Positions 14,222 through 27,000 of a stretch of 64,000 nucleotides of DNA are shown here, piece after piece (position 1 is the stretch's first letter; every line of letters begins with the position of its first letter). The notes beneath the pieces are model-generated. The model had not been told where the DNA came from, searched no databases, and saw only the letters and a list, made by a program, of their open reading frames with translations. The stretch is from Phoronis australis (taxonomy: Eukaryota; Animalia; Phoronida). The stretch spans positions 2,164,727-2,228,726 of the forward strand of contig NMRA01000003.1 of assembly GCA_002633005.1 (NCBI GenBank), in the 5' to 3' direction. A program made the position numbers and the translations under genes.

Positions 14222-17200
14222 CTATGACCTAGGAGTTGTTGCAGGGATGTTTAACTGATGTGGAAACGATATGTTGGAAGGGAATACCCATGTGGTCGAG
14301 TGGATGGGACGGGGAGTGGTTAAAGGTGGGACCACTTTAGGCGAGTGGAATGCATAGATGTCAGTAGTTATGCATTGAAAGATAATCACAGCACAGACGG
14401 TGTAGACAAACCAGTACTTGTCTGGACTCTGGAACAGAAAGAGGAGAATCAAGTTTAAAGAAATAGTCGTGGCCTTAACATAGACAATTCAAGGACGGAA
14501 TCTCCATTTGACACTCTACTGCAGACATGCTACTTTGGATAAACTGGTCTTCAAATTTTATTTGCCAAGGCAATATTGCTCAAACACTTTCTGAGAGACT
14601 GAGACACCCAGTTTATAAGTTATGAAGGAAAAATTGTCAATTTTTGTGCAGTTGTTTCACAATTCATCAAATTTGTTAAATGCACGACACTTTTCATTGT
14701 TCATAGTCTTTATTCTGTTGCGTTCATACTTTCGGAACAAAACTCTACTCTCAACTGAACATAGATACAGTAACTGACCTAGCGACATAATTAAAAGACA
14801 CACGATATTTCAAAACATACTTGTTTCATTCTCAAGTGAAGATAAAATGATGCAGTAATGCCACCACAGAGTATAAGCTGACGACACACACAGTGAACAA
14901 TGAAAAGTGTCGTGCATTTAACAAATTCTGTATATAAACAGAAAACTTGCTCCTGAAGTACAGTCAATTCATCAAATATCTAAGTTTGCAATTGTCCATC
15001 TTCAACCCGTAAAAAATTTTCTTAGAACTTGATGAAGTTAAAATCATACAGTCTTTTGTAATCATACGACCCCCAGTTTTAATTTTTGAACCTAAACTGC
15101 AGGCGATTTTGGATTTTTAATATATATTCTCACTGTTGACACATGAAGAACAATGTGACCTTAAATGTTTTAATATTTACAACAGATATCACCAATTCAA
15201 TAATATTAGTATCAAGTCTTGTTTTTGATGACATTTAATATCTGCTGTTCGAAAGAAATTCAGAAAAATGAGATAAGATTCTCTTGACCAGAGACCATAA
15301 AATAAGTGGGCAGAATTTCATGCAAATGGACCCTCACACTAAAGTGAAACCGACATTCAAACCACCTTAAAGTGCTGAAAATCTAAAGGTCTGAAAACGG
15401 ACAATAAAGGTTTGCTACACAATTGAAATCAAATGATTTCCTCCAGAACAACTCGTGTATCTGGGAAACAAATGAAGCCCTTGAAGAAATACAACGGGTA
15501 AGATTGAAAAACAAAGATTGTTTTTTACAACAGATGGACATTACACATTTCAAAGAAATTTCCACAAAGGTTGACAGTTACCATGAAATTGTTATCTGTT
15601 CTCCAATGATGTTCAAAAGCTTTGATTCTATGCTTGATTTATGCATGTAATCAAGTAATCAACCATTTGAAGTTAGATGGGTATCACAGACAATTTTAAT
15701 GAAACATGGCCAAAATAACAAGGACAAAGCTTCAACCCTTTTAACACATGTTACATTCACAATGATAGTCTCCCGGGGGGTTACTACCATACTCACCAAA
15801 TCGCCACTTCTGTACCACCAGGCCTGAAATGCATAACAAATATTAGCCGCACAGTAAATAATGACATATGAACATGGCAGGAAAGTTTACTCAATAAATA
15901 TTTTTAACAGGTAGCAGCTGTTGTATTTTTTATTCAATTTTCCACTGATGCACCTAAGGCCCATCTGTCTAGTTGATACTTTTTGACATTCAGGTATGGT
16001 AAAGCATTACACTGGTAGTGGCCGTACCAGCTACAATTGTGGCATTATTCATTTTCCAGCGACACAGCCAAGTTCTCAGTAACAAGCTTGGCGATTCAGT
16101 TTTGGAGGTGATCGCATGCAGTTTTACATGATGAGTTTAGGTTTTCTCAATTGTGGTTCGTAAGTACTTACAATGACAATGCCAACAAAACCGCTAACTG
16201 AAACATAAAGAAAAACAAATGAATATTTACTCAGATACAATTAAAAGATGCAAACAGCAGTATCATTAACACATCTTTAAAAGGTAATGAGAATACTTAA
16301 GAGATTTATTAAAATAGTGAGTTAGCAATGTCAATTTTGCACAAAAATACCATGAAAAGTGTAAATTTGATTGATTGCTTTTGTGACTAATTGATATCTC
16401 TAGACTGATATTGTGCTTATGCTTCATCACTACAGACCCGGGGTTGGAGAACAAGGTAGTTTTAATTCAAATTAAACAAAGTTTTTGTATGTTATACATT
16501 GAAACAAATCCTAGCCTTTAACCTGGGAACAAAAAAATCCCCAAAATCGCTCAGCCTTGTAACATCTAACCATAAAAAAGTATTAAACAATGCCAATCAA
16601 ATGCCACTGACCCCAAAGTGTTTCTGAAAAAAATCAAAAACTTAGTAAAACATTTAAAACCATGGCTAATTTCAATTCAATACAATTAAAAAGCAATCAA
16701 AAATGGAAAAGCAAGGATTCAACAACTTAATAAAAAGGGTTTCCATGCAGCTTGCCAAAAATCTGTAAAGCAGTCATTTGAAAACTTTAACTAATATATG
16801 TAAGATTTGAAAATCATTTTTTTAAATAACAGATTACTTAATTGAAAAATGTTGATTTTGTGGTGAGTTTTTGTTCCTATGGTGTTAAATAATAGTGTGA
16901 CATAAATTTCAAAACAACAAACTGAACATTGCGTAAGCCCAAATGTAGACAATAGGTGTCACTTAACTCAAACAGTAACTTTGAATTTCTAAGGGAAGAA
17001 ACTGCTCGCCTTCCATTATTCAAATCAATTAAATTTATTTAACAACCCCACCAGCATAACATAACAGCCATTTAATGAAACGCAGTGGGGTACGTAATTT
17101 TGAAATTGAAATTAGAGCACTTTTGAGATGGTCAATTTACACACTAACGTGATGTTATTGAACAATTTTTATCATTTCATAGATAACATGATGGTCATCA

Positions 17201-20096
17201 ACATAATACATAAGTAAAAAAAATAATACTATAAATTTTTGTGTAGAAGTCAAACCGCTAAAATCTGAGGTACTTGAAATTGATAATAAATGTTTTCTTA
17301 TGCAAATGCAAGAAAATCAGTAGACCAGGAATTAAAACCATTAAAACATAAAACTGACATAGTGCAACAAAAAAATCCATTTTCAAAAGCATTTCAACCA
17401 ATAATTTAATAAGTGGTACATGGCTTTTTTATAACCCATGTAATTTCCACAGAGCCTATATTTAGGCACCTGTAATCAAAAAACTAAGTCGTTAAGCAAT
17501 GCATTTATTGAAGATTTGTAGTAGGAAAAGACCAAAATACAAAATATTAACAATAACATATGAGTTAAGTGTTGAACTCCCTTAAAATGCAAGTTTATGA
17601 ATCTGAAAACTAGTTCTCAATTAATCGTTATAATGAAAGAAAGAAGGGACGGATAGGAAAAACAAATACCGATAGCTCTTCAAAGATCAGTGCTATATAC
17701 TTACTCACTACATTTGTTGTTAGAAGATACAAATTGTGATTTTCAGCACCTTTAACCAATGTGAAAATAAATGCCAACTGAAACGAAATCAAAAGTATCC
17801 ATTACCAGAATTACATGTTACGTCAGTGGATGAACAGTGAGTGGGCATCCAGTGAAGTGTGTACAACAATCTATTGCATACCCCGGTCATCACAGGTGTG
17901 ATTCTATGGTCACTGCACATGGTCACGTAATAGGGGCAGTTGACAAGTGTACAATTGTAATAAATTAAAACACATAACACTTATCAAAGTTTTCAGTAAT
18001 TATTAAGTAAATGCTACAACACGTGGAAATCATCTCCATATAACTTTGTTGAGCATTTTTTCTTTGACTCAAGCTGTTCAGAAACGATAAAATTAAATTT
18101 CCTTTGTCTGCTATACTGCGTGTTCCTTAATTGTTGACTCAGGTACCACATACTCTCAGGTAGCAACCAAATGCTACTGACCTGAGAGTGTGCCATTGTC
18201 CAATACAAATGCTGTTTTGATGGTACTTGGATTATCCAGTTTTCATGAAAACCTCAACTCTCTAACTTACTTACCAAACTCATTGCAAATGCAAGTATGC
18301 CACCAACTCGACCGATTAGAATCTAGAAAATAGAAAATAGACATGCTGATTTTGAAATCCTAAACTTTTTTTACATCGGTGAAGACATAAGTGAGATGTT
18401 TTTCACTATTGACAACAAACCCATCTCACTCTAGACGGCAACCGTAAACAAGAGGTAGACTAGAATCACATTGCAGTCTCCAAAAACCTACGGCCACTGT
18501 TGGTGAGTTACATTATTCTTATTTCTCCACATACTAGTATTTAGATTGGAAAATTGCCCAAACAGGGATAACGCCATACCACTTGCCACTTGACTGCTCT
18601 TCACCGAATAATTAGTCTTGGAAACTCTTCAGAAGCATGCCACATAAAAGCTGATGTGGATTCCGCCACATTTAAAATTAGACCTGAGAATGCATGAATT
18701 TACAACTGTACAGCGTTTGTTCATTGCTGTGCTTTCAAGCTGGTTTTTAAATTGGTGCTTATAACCAAATGTTCGTCTTAATATATCGAAAGAATGCACA
18801 CATGCAGTGAAGGTGGACAATAAGGGGAAAATCGTATCCAACTTTTAGCATAGGCAATGACCATCGCCTCTGTTGGCCCGAACCAGAGGCGATGCAGAGG
18901 CTATAGGCGCTCTGTACGCCGGAAGCTTTTCGGCGAATTATGCCTCGCACCGACTAAACCACCAAAGTCACGTTGTTATAAATACCTTTTGCGCATAGAG
19001 GAACACCTTAGGAGGTTGTCGATGTGTTTAATTCCTTCCAACTAGAACAAATACTCCCGTTATGAAACTTTTTCTTCGAGCAGTCCCTATTTCAGTTCCC
19101 AAAATCGTGAAATCAAAATTTTCATTTTTTTTTAACCAGGCCGAAGGTCAGAAGTTGCGATCCTACCGGCGAACTTTGAAAGCTGAAGTTCCCGCCGTTT
19201 GCGTACATGTACGTGCTGCCAGGAACCAGCCGTGCATTTGCCGTGTTGTTAAACATTAAAATGTCAAATATGTGCACAAAGACTATTAAATGTCATATCA
19301 ACAGCATTTATTTTTATCAAATACAAACAATAATTCATTGAAATACAAACAGTTTCAAGTAACGCCAATTAAAAACAAGTATAAGTGGTGGCATTTTGGA
19401 AACGAACATTTGACTGACAAGACCGCAATGGCTCACCTTTGGCCTATTTAAAAACTGAAGTGATGAAGTCACATCACCCAGCGAGCGCGGTAAAAATTGG
19501 AGCGTGCGCAGTACAAAAATTTTGATTTCATGATTTTGGGAACTGAAATAGGGACTGCTCGGAAAAAAAGTTTGATAACGGGAGTATTTGTTCGATTTGG
19601 AAGGAATTAAACACATCGACAACCTCCTATTAAAGGTGTTCCTCTATGCGCAAAAGGTATTTATAACAACGTGACTTTGATGGTTTAGTCGGTGCGAGGC
19701 ATAATTCGCCGAAAAGCTTCCAGCGTACAGAGCGCCTATAGCCTCTGCATCGCCTCTGGTTCGGGCCAACAGAGGCGATGGTCATTGCCTACTTTCAGCA
19801 TTGCTTTGCTACTTGGAAGGCCACTCAGTAGACTCAGTCAGTACAGGCCAAGTTTCTGTTTCCAAGCCTATAATCACACCAACTAACAGTTCGAGATCAA
19901 TTTCGCAACAGTAAGCAGCATGGTTTAAATTTGTTTTTGACAGAGAACCACGGTAGGCCTATAGTGCAACTTTAAATTATTGACTTACAAGCTTCGGTGA
20001 TACTTCGTGATAAATAGCATTTGTGTCGGTAGTGGTGACCTTCGATTCAAAGGGACTTTCTGTAGTTTGGTAACTCGGTTTTGGTACAGAAGCCAT
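14222..20096 (-). CDS. TMEM243-like three-TM membrane protein, paralogue A (exons 20096-19989, 18322-18275, 17777-17705, 16197-16172, 15823-15797, 14428-14222)
   Basis: Spliced product MASVPKPSYQ..YHEVSPKL ILIGRVGGILAFAMSL LAFIFTLVKGAENHNLYLLTTNVVI SGFVGIVI AWWYRSGDL SPDKYWFVYTVCAVIIFQCITTDIYAFH... All introns are GT-AG with consistent phase. WYRSGDL matches the TMEM243 WYRQGDL motif. Confidence 0.75.
14670..14927. mobile_element. MITE-like element with 34-bp perfect inverted repeats
   Basis: aatttgttaaatgcacgacacttttcattgttca (14670-14703) and its exact reverse complement (14894-14927). Confidence 0.75.
18851..19791. mobile_element. Non-autonomous MULE/Mutator-like foldback element with ~270-bp TIRs
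   Basis: Ends TAGGCAATGACCATCGCCTC...GAGGCGATGGTCATTGCCTA. TIR arms (~18851-19122 and ~19516-19791) are nearly identical. Flanking 9-bp direct repeat cttttagca/ctttcagca fits a target-site duplication. Confidence 0.85.
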
Positions 20097-20453
20097 GTCT
20101 TGTCTGTAGTTGTAGAATCCCCGCTGTTATTCCACACAATTGTCCTCGAAGTCAAAAGAAACCCGCAGTAGTTTAATGTTTAAGATGACTTATCCGACCA
20201 CTCCAGAGAGTTCACTTGTTTACAAAATCACATGATTTGTTAGTTTGCGACCTCTGTTGGCGAAATGTTTGGATGATTTTTAACGTATAAATATATAAGG
20301 ATGCGTTTTTTACGCAAATTATTTGTGTATAGCATTTTCTATTATTTATTGGTTCATTCTGCACGCGGCTTCAGTTTTCACAACATTCCCAAAAATCTGA
20401 GATTATTGTGGCCTTGACCTTGATCTCTGCTTCCAGGAACTACCTGCTTGAGA

Positions 20454-23400
20454 ATGGCAGACGACGCTAGTAAGGGACTGTTACCTTCAAGTTCAAAACA
20501 GCAACAACATGCTGTCTTTCACGACAGTTCACAGAGCTCCACATACGTAAGTTAAAATTGAACCAGTCATTGGTTTAATGGGCTCTTGATGCCAAAAACC
20601 CAGAAATGAACAGTGAGCAGTGACAGCTCTTCACTCTAGTGGAGTCTAGTGCCAGTGAGTGAGTGAGGCAATCACTGCATGTGAGTGACCACCGTCCTAC
20701 TCAGGCACGTAGGACGGTGGAGCTCCTAAAGGCGCTTCATACGCCGGGAGCTTTTCGTTGAATTATGCCTTACACTGACTAAAATATCAAAGTCACATTA
20801 ATTGTTACCAAAGGGACACCCCCAGGCCCAGGACGTGGTTGATGTATTTAATTCCTTCCAACTCAAATGAATACTCCTGTCATCAAACTTTTTCATTGAG
20901 TAGTCCCTCGTTCAGTTCCCAAAATTGGTAACTCACCATTTTTAACACTGCGCGCGCCTGAGGTAGTATGATGTAATATCCCCTGGCACACGCAGTTGTT
21001 AAAAATGCATGGTGAGTTACCGAATGACTGCTCGAAGGTAAAGTCTGATAACGGGAGTATTTGTTCTAGTCGAAAGGAATTAATTACATTGAAAGCCCCC
21101 TAAGGTGTCCCTCTGTGTGCAAAAGGTATTTGTAACAACGTTATCATTGATGTTTTACTCAGTGCAAGGCATATAATTTGCCGAAAATCTTCTGGCGTAC
21201 GAAGCGCCTATAGGAGCTTCACAGTTTCTACTGCGGAGCCAGTAGTGTGAGCTGCCTGTGAGTTAGGCTATTACATCGCCCTGAATGCCGCAGGCATACA
21301 GGAGCAGTAGTACATCTCCACAAAAAGTTAGGCATTTCAAAATACAACAGATGAAATCAAGTGAACCATACGTATAAGAACATGGAGTTATAACTAACTC
21401 ACACCATGACTCTGGATACAATTTAGTCAGCATAACTTGAACATAACCATGAAAATCTGTTGTGGTTTGCTCGAGTTTCTCTTACCGAGTGCCATTTTGA
21501 GGAAGTTATGTGAAATCACGCATGTTGACAAATAAAGTCCTAGGGACACAGATCTTACAAATTTCACCTCGTATCTCCCAATATGCTATTTTGCAAGTGG
21601 CATGAGCTTTGCTCAGTTTCGCGCACGCCTGAGGGTAAGACGTCATGCCACTTGCCGCGAGCAGTGTTCTGGAGGGCCTATGACATAACGCGCAATGTTT
21701 GTGATAGAATCTCAGGGGTTACAGGAATTATAAACTTGACACACTTTTATCAGCGATTTCAATATTTTATTACCCATTTGGGTTGTAGGGGCAATAAACA
21801 TGGTAATTATGCTTGGTGTGGCAATTTAACGCAATCAGGTAATGTGTATAGGCATGAAATAGCATGTTACCGGCCAAACAAAGGTTTGTGGTTTTCTCAG
21901 GAATTTCCATCGACCCGAAAATGAGGAGAATGTTTTTCAGGTCGGTCTATATCACAACCAAGAGGCGTTATGGGATGACCACTGTCTCTACTGAGGCCAG
22001 TTGGGTTGGTGCCTGTTACCTGAAAAGAATCATTACGTTGACACCCTTATGAGATTGGGCAACTCTGCTGGTTTGTGTACCTCAAAATCAGCTGGAATTC
22101 AGACCAAAGACACCATGCTGTTGTATTGCCTTAGGCTACTGATGATGTCATTCTCGAGATAATCAGACCCATCATAAACACACTGGGGGCAACGATGGTG
22201 TTTTAAATTTTTGAGGGTTTTTAAGTATTTTAAACAGTTTGTGAAAGGTACATGTGATTAGGTTTTTGAATTTTGAAAATCAGACAAGAAATGTGATTTA
22301 AGTTATAAAATGTATCTAAAACATTTGTGTACTGTTGCCATATCGTGTCCCTCACTAATTCTGCTGGGTGTGCAATATAATTGGGCCTAGTGCCAAATCA
22401 ACAAGGCAACAGTATGATTTTGAGGTAAGCCTAATGTCATCCTGCAATTCTGGCTATGACAAGCTTAGTCACTTAACAGCTTAAAGGGTCTTTTTTCAAA
22501 ACTTCTCCCCTTTCAGTGTACGTACAATAAAATGAAACAATGATATATGAATTTTCCAGCTCTATCAGTTCCCTTAATCATTCCTTGCCACACCATACTC
22601 ACAATTTAATGTACTCAACAAGATTTGAGGAGACACTCAACAATGAATTTGCCTTGTCAGCATTTTCTCAATGACAAAAGGTATCCCCGAGAACATGTTT
22701 GCTTCTTCATAAATGACATCTTTATAAATAAATACTGATCTTAGATACTAGCATTAGATACACAGATAATCAAGGAAAGAAACGCCGTCTCAATTTTGCA
22801 CTGGAATCGTGCGCAGAAAAGTAATTGAAAATGAGCTTTGCTTTCTGTGGTAGCCCTTGGTCATGGTGGTCCAAAAACAGGCTCTATCAATAGCTTTTTC
22901 CCAGTAAATTGTGCCCTGTGAACACAATTTGTCTGCTATTTATATTTTAAATTTCGGAGTATTGAGTTAAATATGTGAACATGTTTTCCTCATGCAGTGC
23001 CAATAACAAATTCAATTTATCAACCTATGGCTTAAGGGTTTCAGAGTCGGCACAAGCCGGGATCTATTGGTCATAGGTAATGTATGCAACTGGCATCTTT
23101 ACTACTGCGGCTTCTATGAGTAGAATAGTAAAGTGACATATGACTGTTTTTTTTTGCACTCTGGGATTGGTCCCATAGAGCATGGCATTCATTGCCACAC
23201 AAGTCACCACCTGATGAAGACACTTTGTGTTCAGATATTAATTGCATTTATTTGCGACACACCTACTATCCTTATGAGACAATTCCTATACTCACATTTG
23301 GGGATTTGCTATCCCAGCCCTTAAGCTGCCCTAAGCCAGACTGTGACTAACCCTTCTTAATTGGTTCACAAATTGATGCTCGTGGCTTAGCTGTGACTGA

Positions 23401-24994
23401 AGAAAACCTATTTGCTAATATCTCTTATGATGCATTGAACTNTAAAAATTCAATGACTTTACTATTTAATTTCTAATTTCAAAAACAGTCACTTTGGTCG
23501 TTTACCTTGTTCATTTTTTACTTTGAAACTTGTACACGTAAACTGGCATGTTGGGTCATGACTACAGTTATCTCATGCAGCACATTCACCATAGCCCATG
23601 AATATTGACTACTTCACTTCAATCCGTGATGACGCCATCGAGCCTGTCATGTGCAGAGGAATTCGTTGGATACTCTGGAGTAAACAGTACACGTTTTCTT
23701 GTCCACATGGTGCAACTCCTGTCAGTGTAAGATTTGCCTAATGCTCAGAAATTAATTCATGTTGTGTAACGTGGATCATCAATTTTTGATTAACTGATTG
23801 ATGAAATTCCCCAATAACTTTCTATTTCCAGCGATTCGTGCAAGTTGCCTTTGTATCCATTGTTACTCTTATGGTCTTGGTAAGATTTTTTTCATGTAAT
23901 TAGCACTTTTCTTTTACTTTCTTTTTATAAAATGGTTTAATGTATTCTGTTATCTTGTGTCACCATTTGACCTGGGGTGGAGTTAGAAAATTGGGATACC
24001 TACTCGTTAAAATCTGGGGCTCATTTGTAAGAGGGAGCTTCCACAAAAAAGTTTCTGTTTTATAGGTTCCTGAAACACCACCTTCCTTTACTATTAGACA
24101 GTTGTTTTTGACCAATTAAAACCAGTGAAACAGTACAAGAGATGATATTTTGTCAATAACAAATATGTGTGTTATTAAAGTTTTCATATTAAATTCTGTA
24201 TGTTAATCTAGTTGGAAAGGAACCTTTTGTAGAGTTTTGAACTCCCAAAGGCACTTTTTTACAACAAAATTGGTCATGAAAACGCCGCTCATCGGAGCAG
24301 GTGCTACTCTAGGACACTAACGAGCCGATACTTTATGGGAGTTCCCTTGATTGCTGCAGTTGCAATAATTATAAAATGTGTTCATTTGAAGTTGCAGTTT
24401 TAGTTTAAGGGAGTTTTATTTAATTGTCTTGATTTCAGATATTAAGTTAAAACAGGACTTGTTTATGGCAGACAGATGACTCTTGTGCCTTTCAGATAAC
24501 AATGATTTTGAGTATTGTGCGAGGAGTTCAAGTGTCCAGTGCAATGTACTTCATGATGGGGCTGAGCTTGCTGGGTTTTGTAGCTATAGAAGTTATTTTG
24601 GTGAGTAGCTTGCCTAATTGTTGTAGATAATGTTATCTCTGCCATCAGTTTATGAAGGTAAAGTGGCCGCTGAGTAGATTCAAGAATGAAATTGAATGAG
24701 AAATGCGATGGTACAATCAGAAAAATCCAAACGCGAGTTCGAAGGTTTAGCTATCATTTTAAGAACTACTGTACAAATTCAGGAGCACATCTAACAGTTG
24801 TAGAATTCTTACCCACCTGTCTCATTGTCCTGTCTCGTCATTATGTTACTGGTTACTCTTGCTCTCTTTGTTTCCAGTTACTACTCGTGCGTAAAGATGA
24901 ACTTCCTGAAGGAAAGAGCTGGTTTCTATACTTTGTCGGTGTTTGTATTCTACTAGAGGCTATATTTACTGATGTGCTGCTCTATCAGAATTGA
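20454..24994 (+). CDS. TMEM243-like membrane protein, paralogue B (exons 20454-20546, 23832-23879, 24496-24600, 24878-24994)
   Basis: Spliced product MADDASKG..AVFHDSSQSSTY RFVQVAFVSIVTLMVL ITMILSIVRGVQVSSAMYFMMGLSLLGFVAIEVIL LLLVRKDELPEGKSWFLYFVGVCILLEAIFTDVLLYQN*. All junctions are GT-AG phase 0. It has three hydrophobic segments, a 48-nt exon 2 as in paralogue A, and a WF.Y...C.I.....TD similarity to paralogue A. Confidence 0.7.
20684..21235. mobile_element. Diverged foldback element related to the 18851-19791 family
   Basis: Arms share gcttttcg..gaattatgcct, aaagtcac, tttaattccttccaact and ttcagttcccaaaat with the 18.9-kb element; the two arms are inverted. Terminal hairpin ccaccgtcctac..gtaggacggtgg. 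Confidence 0.75.
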
Positions 24995-25599
24995 CTCTTT
25001 GCAAAAGATGCATGTCGTATGCTCAGTTGTTATTAGAATGAAAATGAATGTACTGTATGATATAATTTTATAAATACTTCATCTGATATTACTTAGCCAG
25101 GTCTTGACTCATGCTGTAACATCCTCTTTAAACGAGATAAGGATCGATGTGAAGAAACTATGAATTTCTGTAATGTCACATGGTCAGCTGGACCAGTTCT
25201 ATCCACATTCAATTACTGTTTCTTATCAGATCATACCTAAATAGAAGGCTTGAAAGCATCCAGGCTCCATTTTCCCATTTTTGGGACGTGAAAACTGATG
25301 GAAACTATAAAGTCTGAATAGAGGAGTACAAAAAAAGACCATATGCGTTCTTGAATTTTAAAAATGGGTCAAGTAATAGCGATTTTGTCAACAAAAACCT
25401 TAGCATTGAGCTATTGAATGGAAAGTAGTTTCCAGCTTGGGTACAATCTGATTAACTGCATCACTAACCCACAAAAGAAGCTGTGCCTGAAAGAGAGTGG
25501 ATAAAAGTGGTCCTAGTTTAGCTGAATCTTTGAAGGGAATGTGATTAAAAATCATGTGCTTTATGTCATTAAATTATTCTAATATCGATGAATGTTTTA

Positions 25600-27000
25600 A
25601 TTATTTATCTATTTATTGTTATATTTAAAATGAGGGAGGCCTCTTCAGTGACAGCACTGCTTTTCAAGAGGGCCCTCAACAACACATTACAGTACAATAA
25701 TACAATGAAGTAGTAAAACAATAATTAAATACATGTAACAAAGATACAATTTAAACAGGTTGAGAATTTAAATAGTAAATAAATGATGAAGGGTGGTGAA
25801 AATTTGACTAAGAAAGATGAAATAAATAAAGAGATGATACTAAATAGTAAGAGTATTTGCAATAATGAAAAATGACATTACTTAGAATGGATAAGTAAAT
25901 TACAGCCACTTTTTAATATTTAATTTAAAAATATTAATTGAATCGGACCGTTTAATTTCTGGGCTAAGAGAGTTTCATATTGCAGCAGCAGCATAAATAA
26001 AAGATCTCTTGCCGGTCTTGGTTTTAATTTTTAAAGAAACAGTCAGCAATGGAAGACCTGTAGAGTATATTGCTTGACTGCTACATGCTGAAATAGGCTA
26101 GAGCCAAGCCATGGATACATCAGTACATGCAACAGGCAGAGAGATATTTATTTCTTTGTTTTACTGTCATAAAACCAGGCTTGGAGAACAAGTCGTCGAC
26201 CCAGGTGTCCCTAGTTCTAGTATCCAGCTAGCGGCTCTATTTTGGATTACTTGGACTTTGCTAACGTGTGTGTCGCTGGTATGCCCTCAAACCGGTAAAC
26301 AATAATCAATATGAGGCTGAATAATGATAAAGTGTCTAAAGAGAACTGACATTAAGAAATTTACCTAGACATTTATGTACGCCGATTTCTTTGTGTTGTG
26401 ATGTGATCTATGTATATATTAAATTTAAGGTTGGGATCTAATATAAGGTACAAGTACTTTAACTTGTCGGCACTTTCGATAGAGAACCGTTGATAGAAAG
26501 AGACAGTTACTTTTGTTTTAATTTCTGGTGGGTTCCCAACGTCATAGTCTTGGTTTTACTAACGTTAGGAGAGGGTTTATTTTGAACCAGCCAGTCATGG
26601 ATAAGGGCTAGCTCATCATTGAGAGAAGATTAAAGTTCTTTTAGTTGTTTAAACATTAGGAACTATAGATTCTAAACATTTTGGCTATCCAAAAGACTAG
26701 CGTGGAAACGTAATGAATTATTGAGAAACGGCAAGGAACGCTCAGTGCACATAGTTTGTTTTGAGTCACTGGCAATCAACGCTACAAAATCTTACAAATC
26801 CTCACATCTGTCAGGTGGAAAACTTCAAATATTCCGTCACATTATGAGTGATCAGCAGGAGGTTCATATTGGTTGTTTTGGTGCAATTCTCATTCATGAT
26901 CCAGTCTATAGCAATTTGTGAAAGTGCCAAGCTTACGCAGTTGATGGAGCCTAGCAGATAAAGTAATTTTCTATTTTCAAAGGCAGTTTTGCCCAAGCTG
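25600..27000 (-). mobile_element. Degenerate L2/CR1-clade LINE, 3' part (may extend to ~28170)
   Basis: Broken minus-strand RT-region peptides KCLESIV, DKLKYLYLILDPNL, IIQPHIDYC and KTKTGKRSFIYAAAAI*NSLSPEIK. A 3' stem-like gagggccctcttgaaaagcag...gaagaggcctccc is followed by an AAT-rich tail. Confidence 0.7.

Noticed and set aside
18759-19886. Mirror-image ORFs MRGIIRRKAS...
   Set aside because: Translations of the two TIR arms of a non-coding transposon; no transposase motifs.
21941-23076. Candidate extra exons of TMEM243-like B (acceptors near 21941 and 23045)
   Set aside because: They add stops or break the frame; the four-exon model already gives a complete protein.
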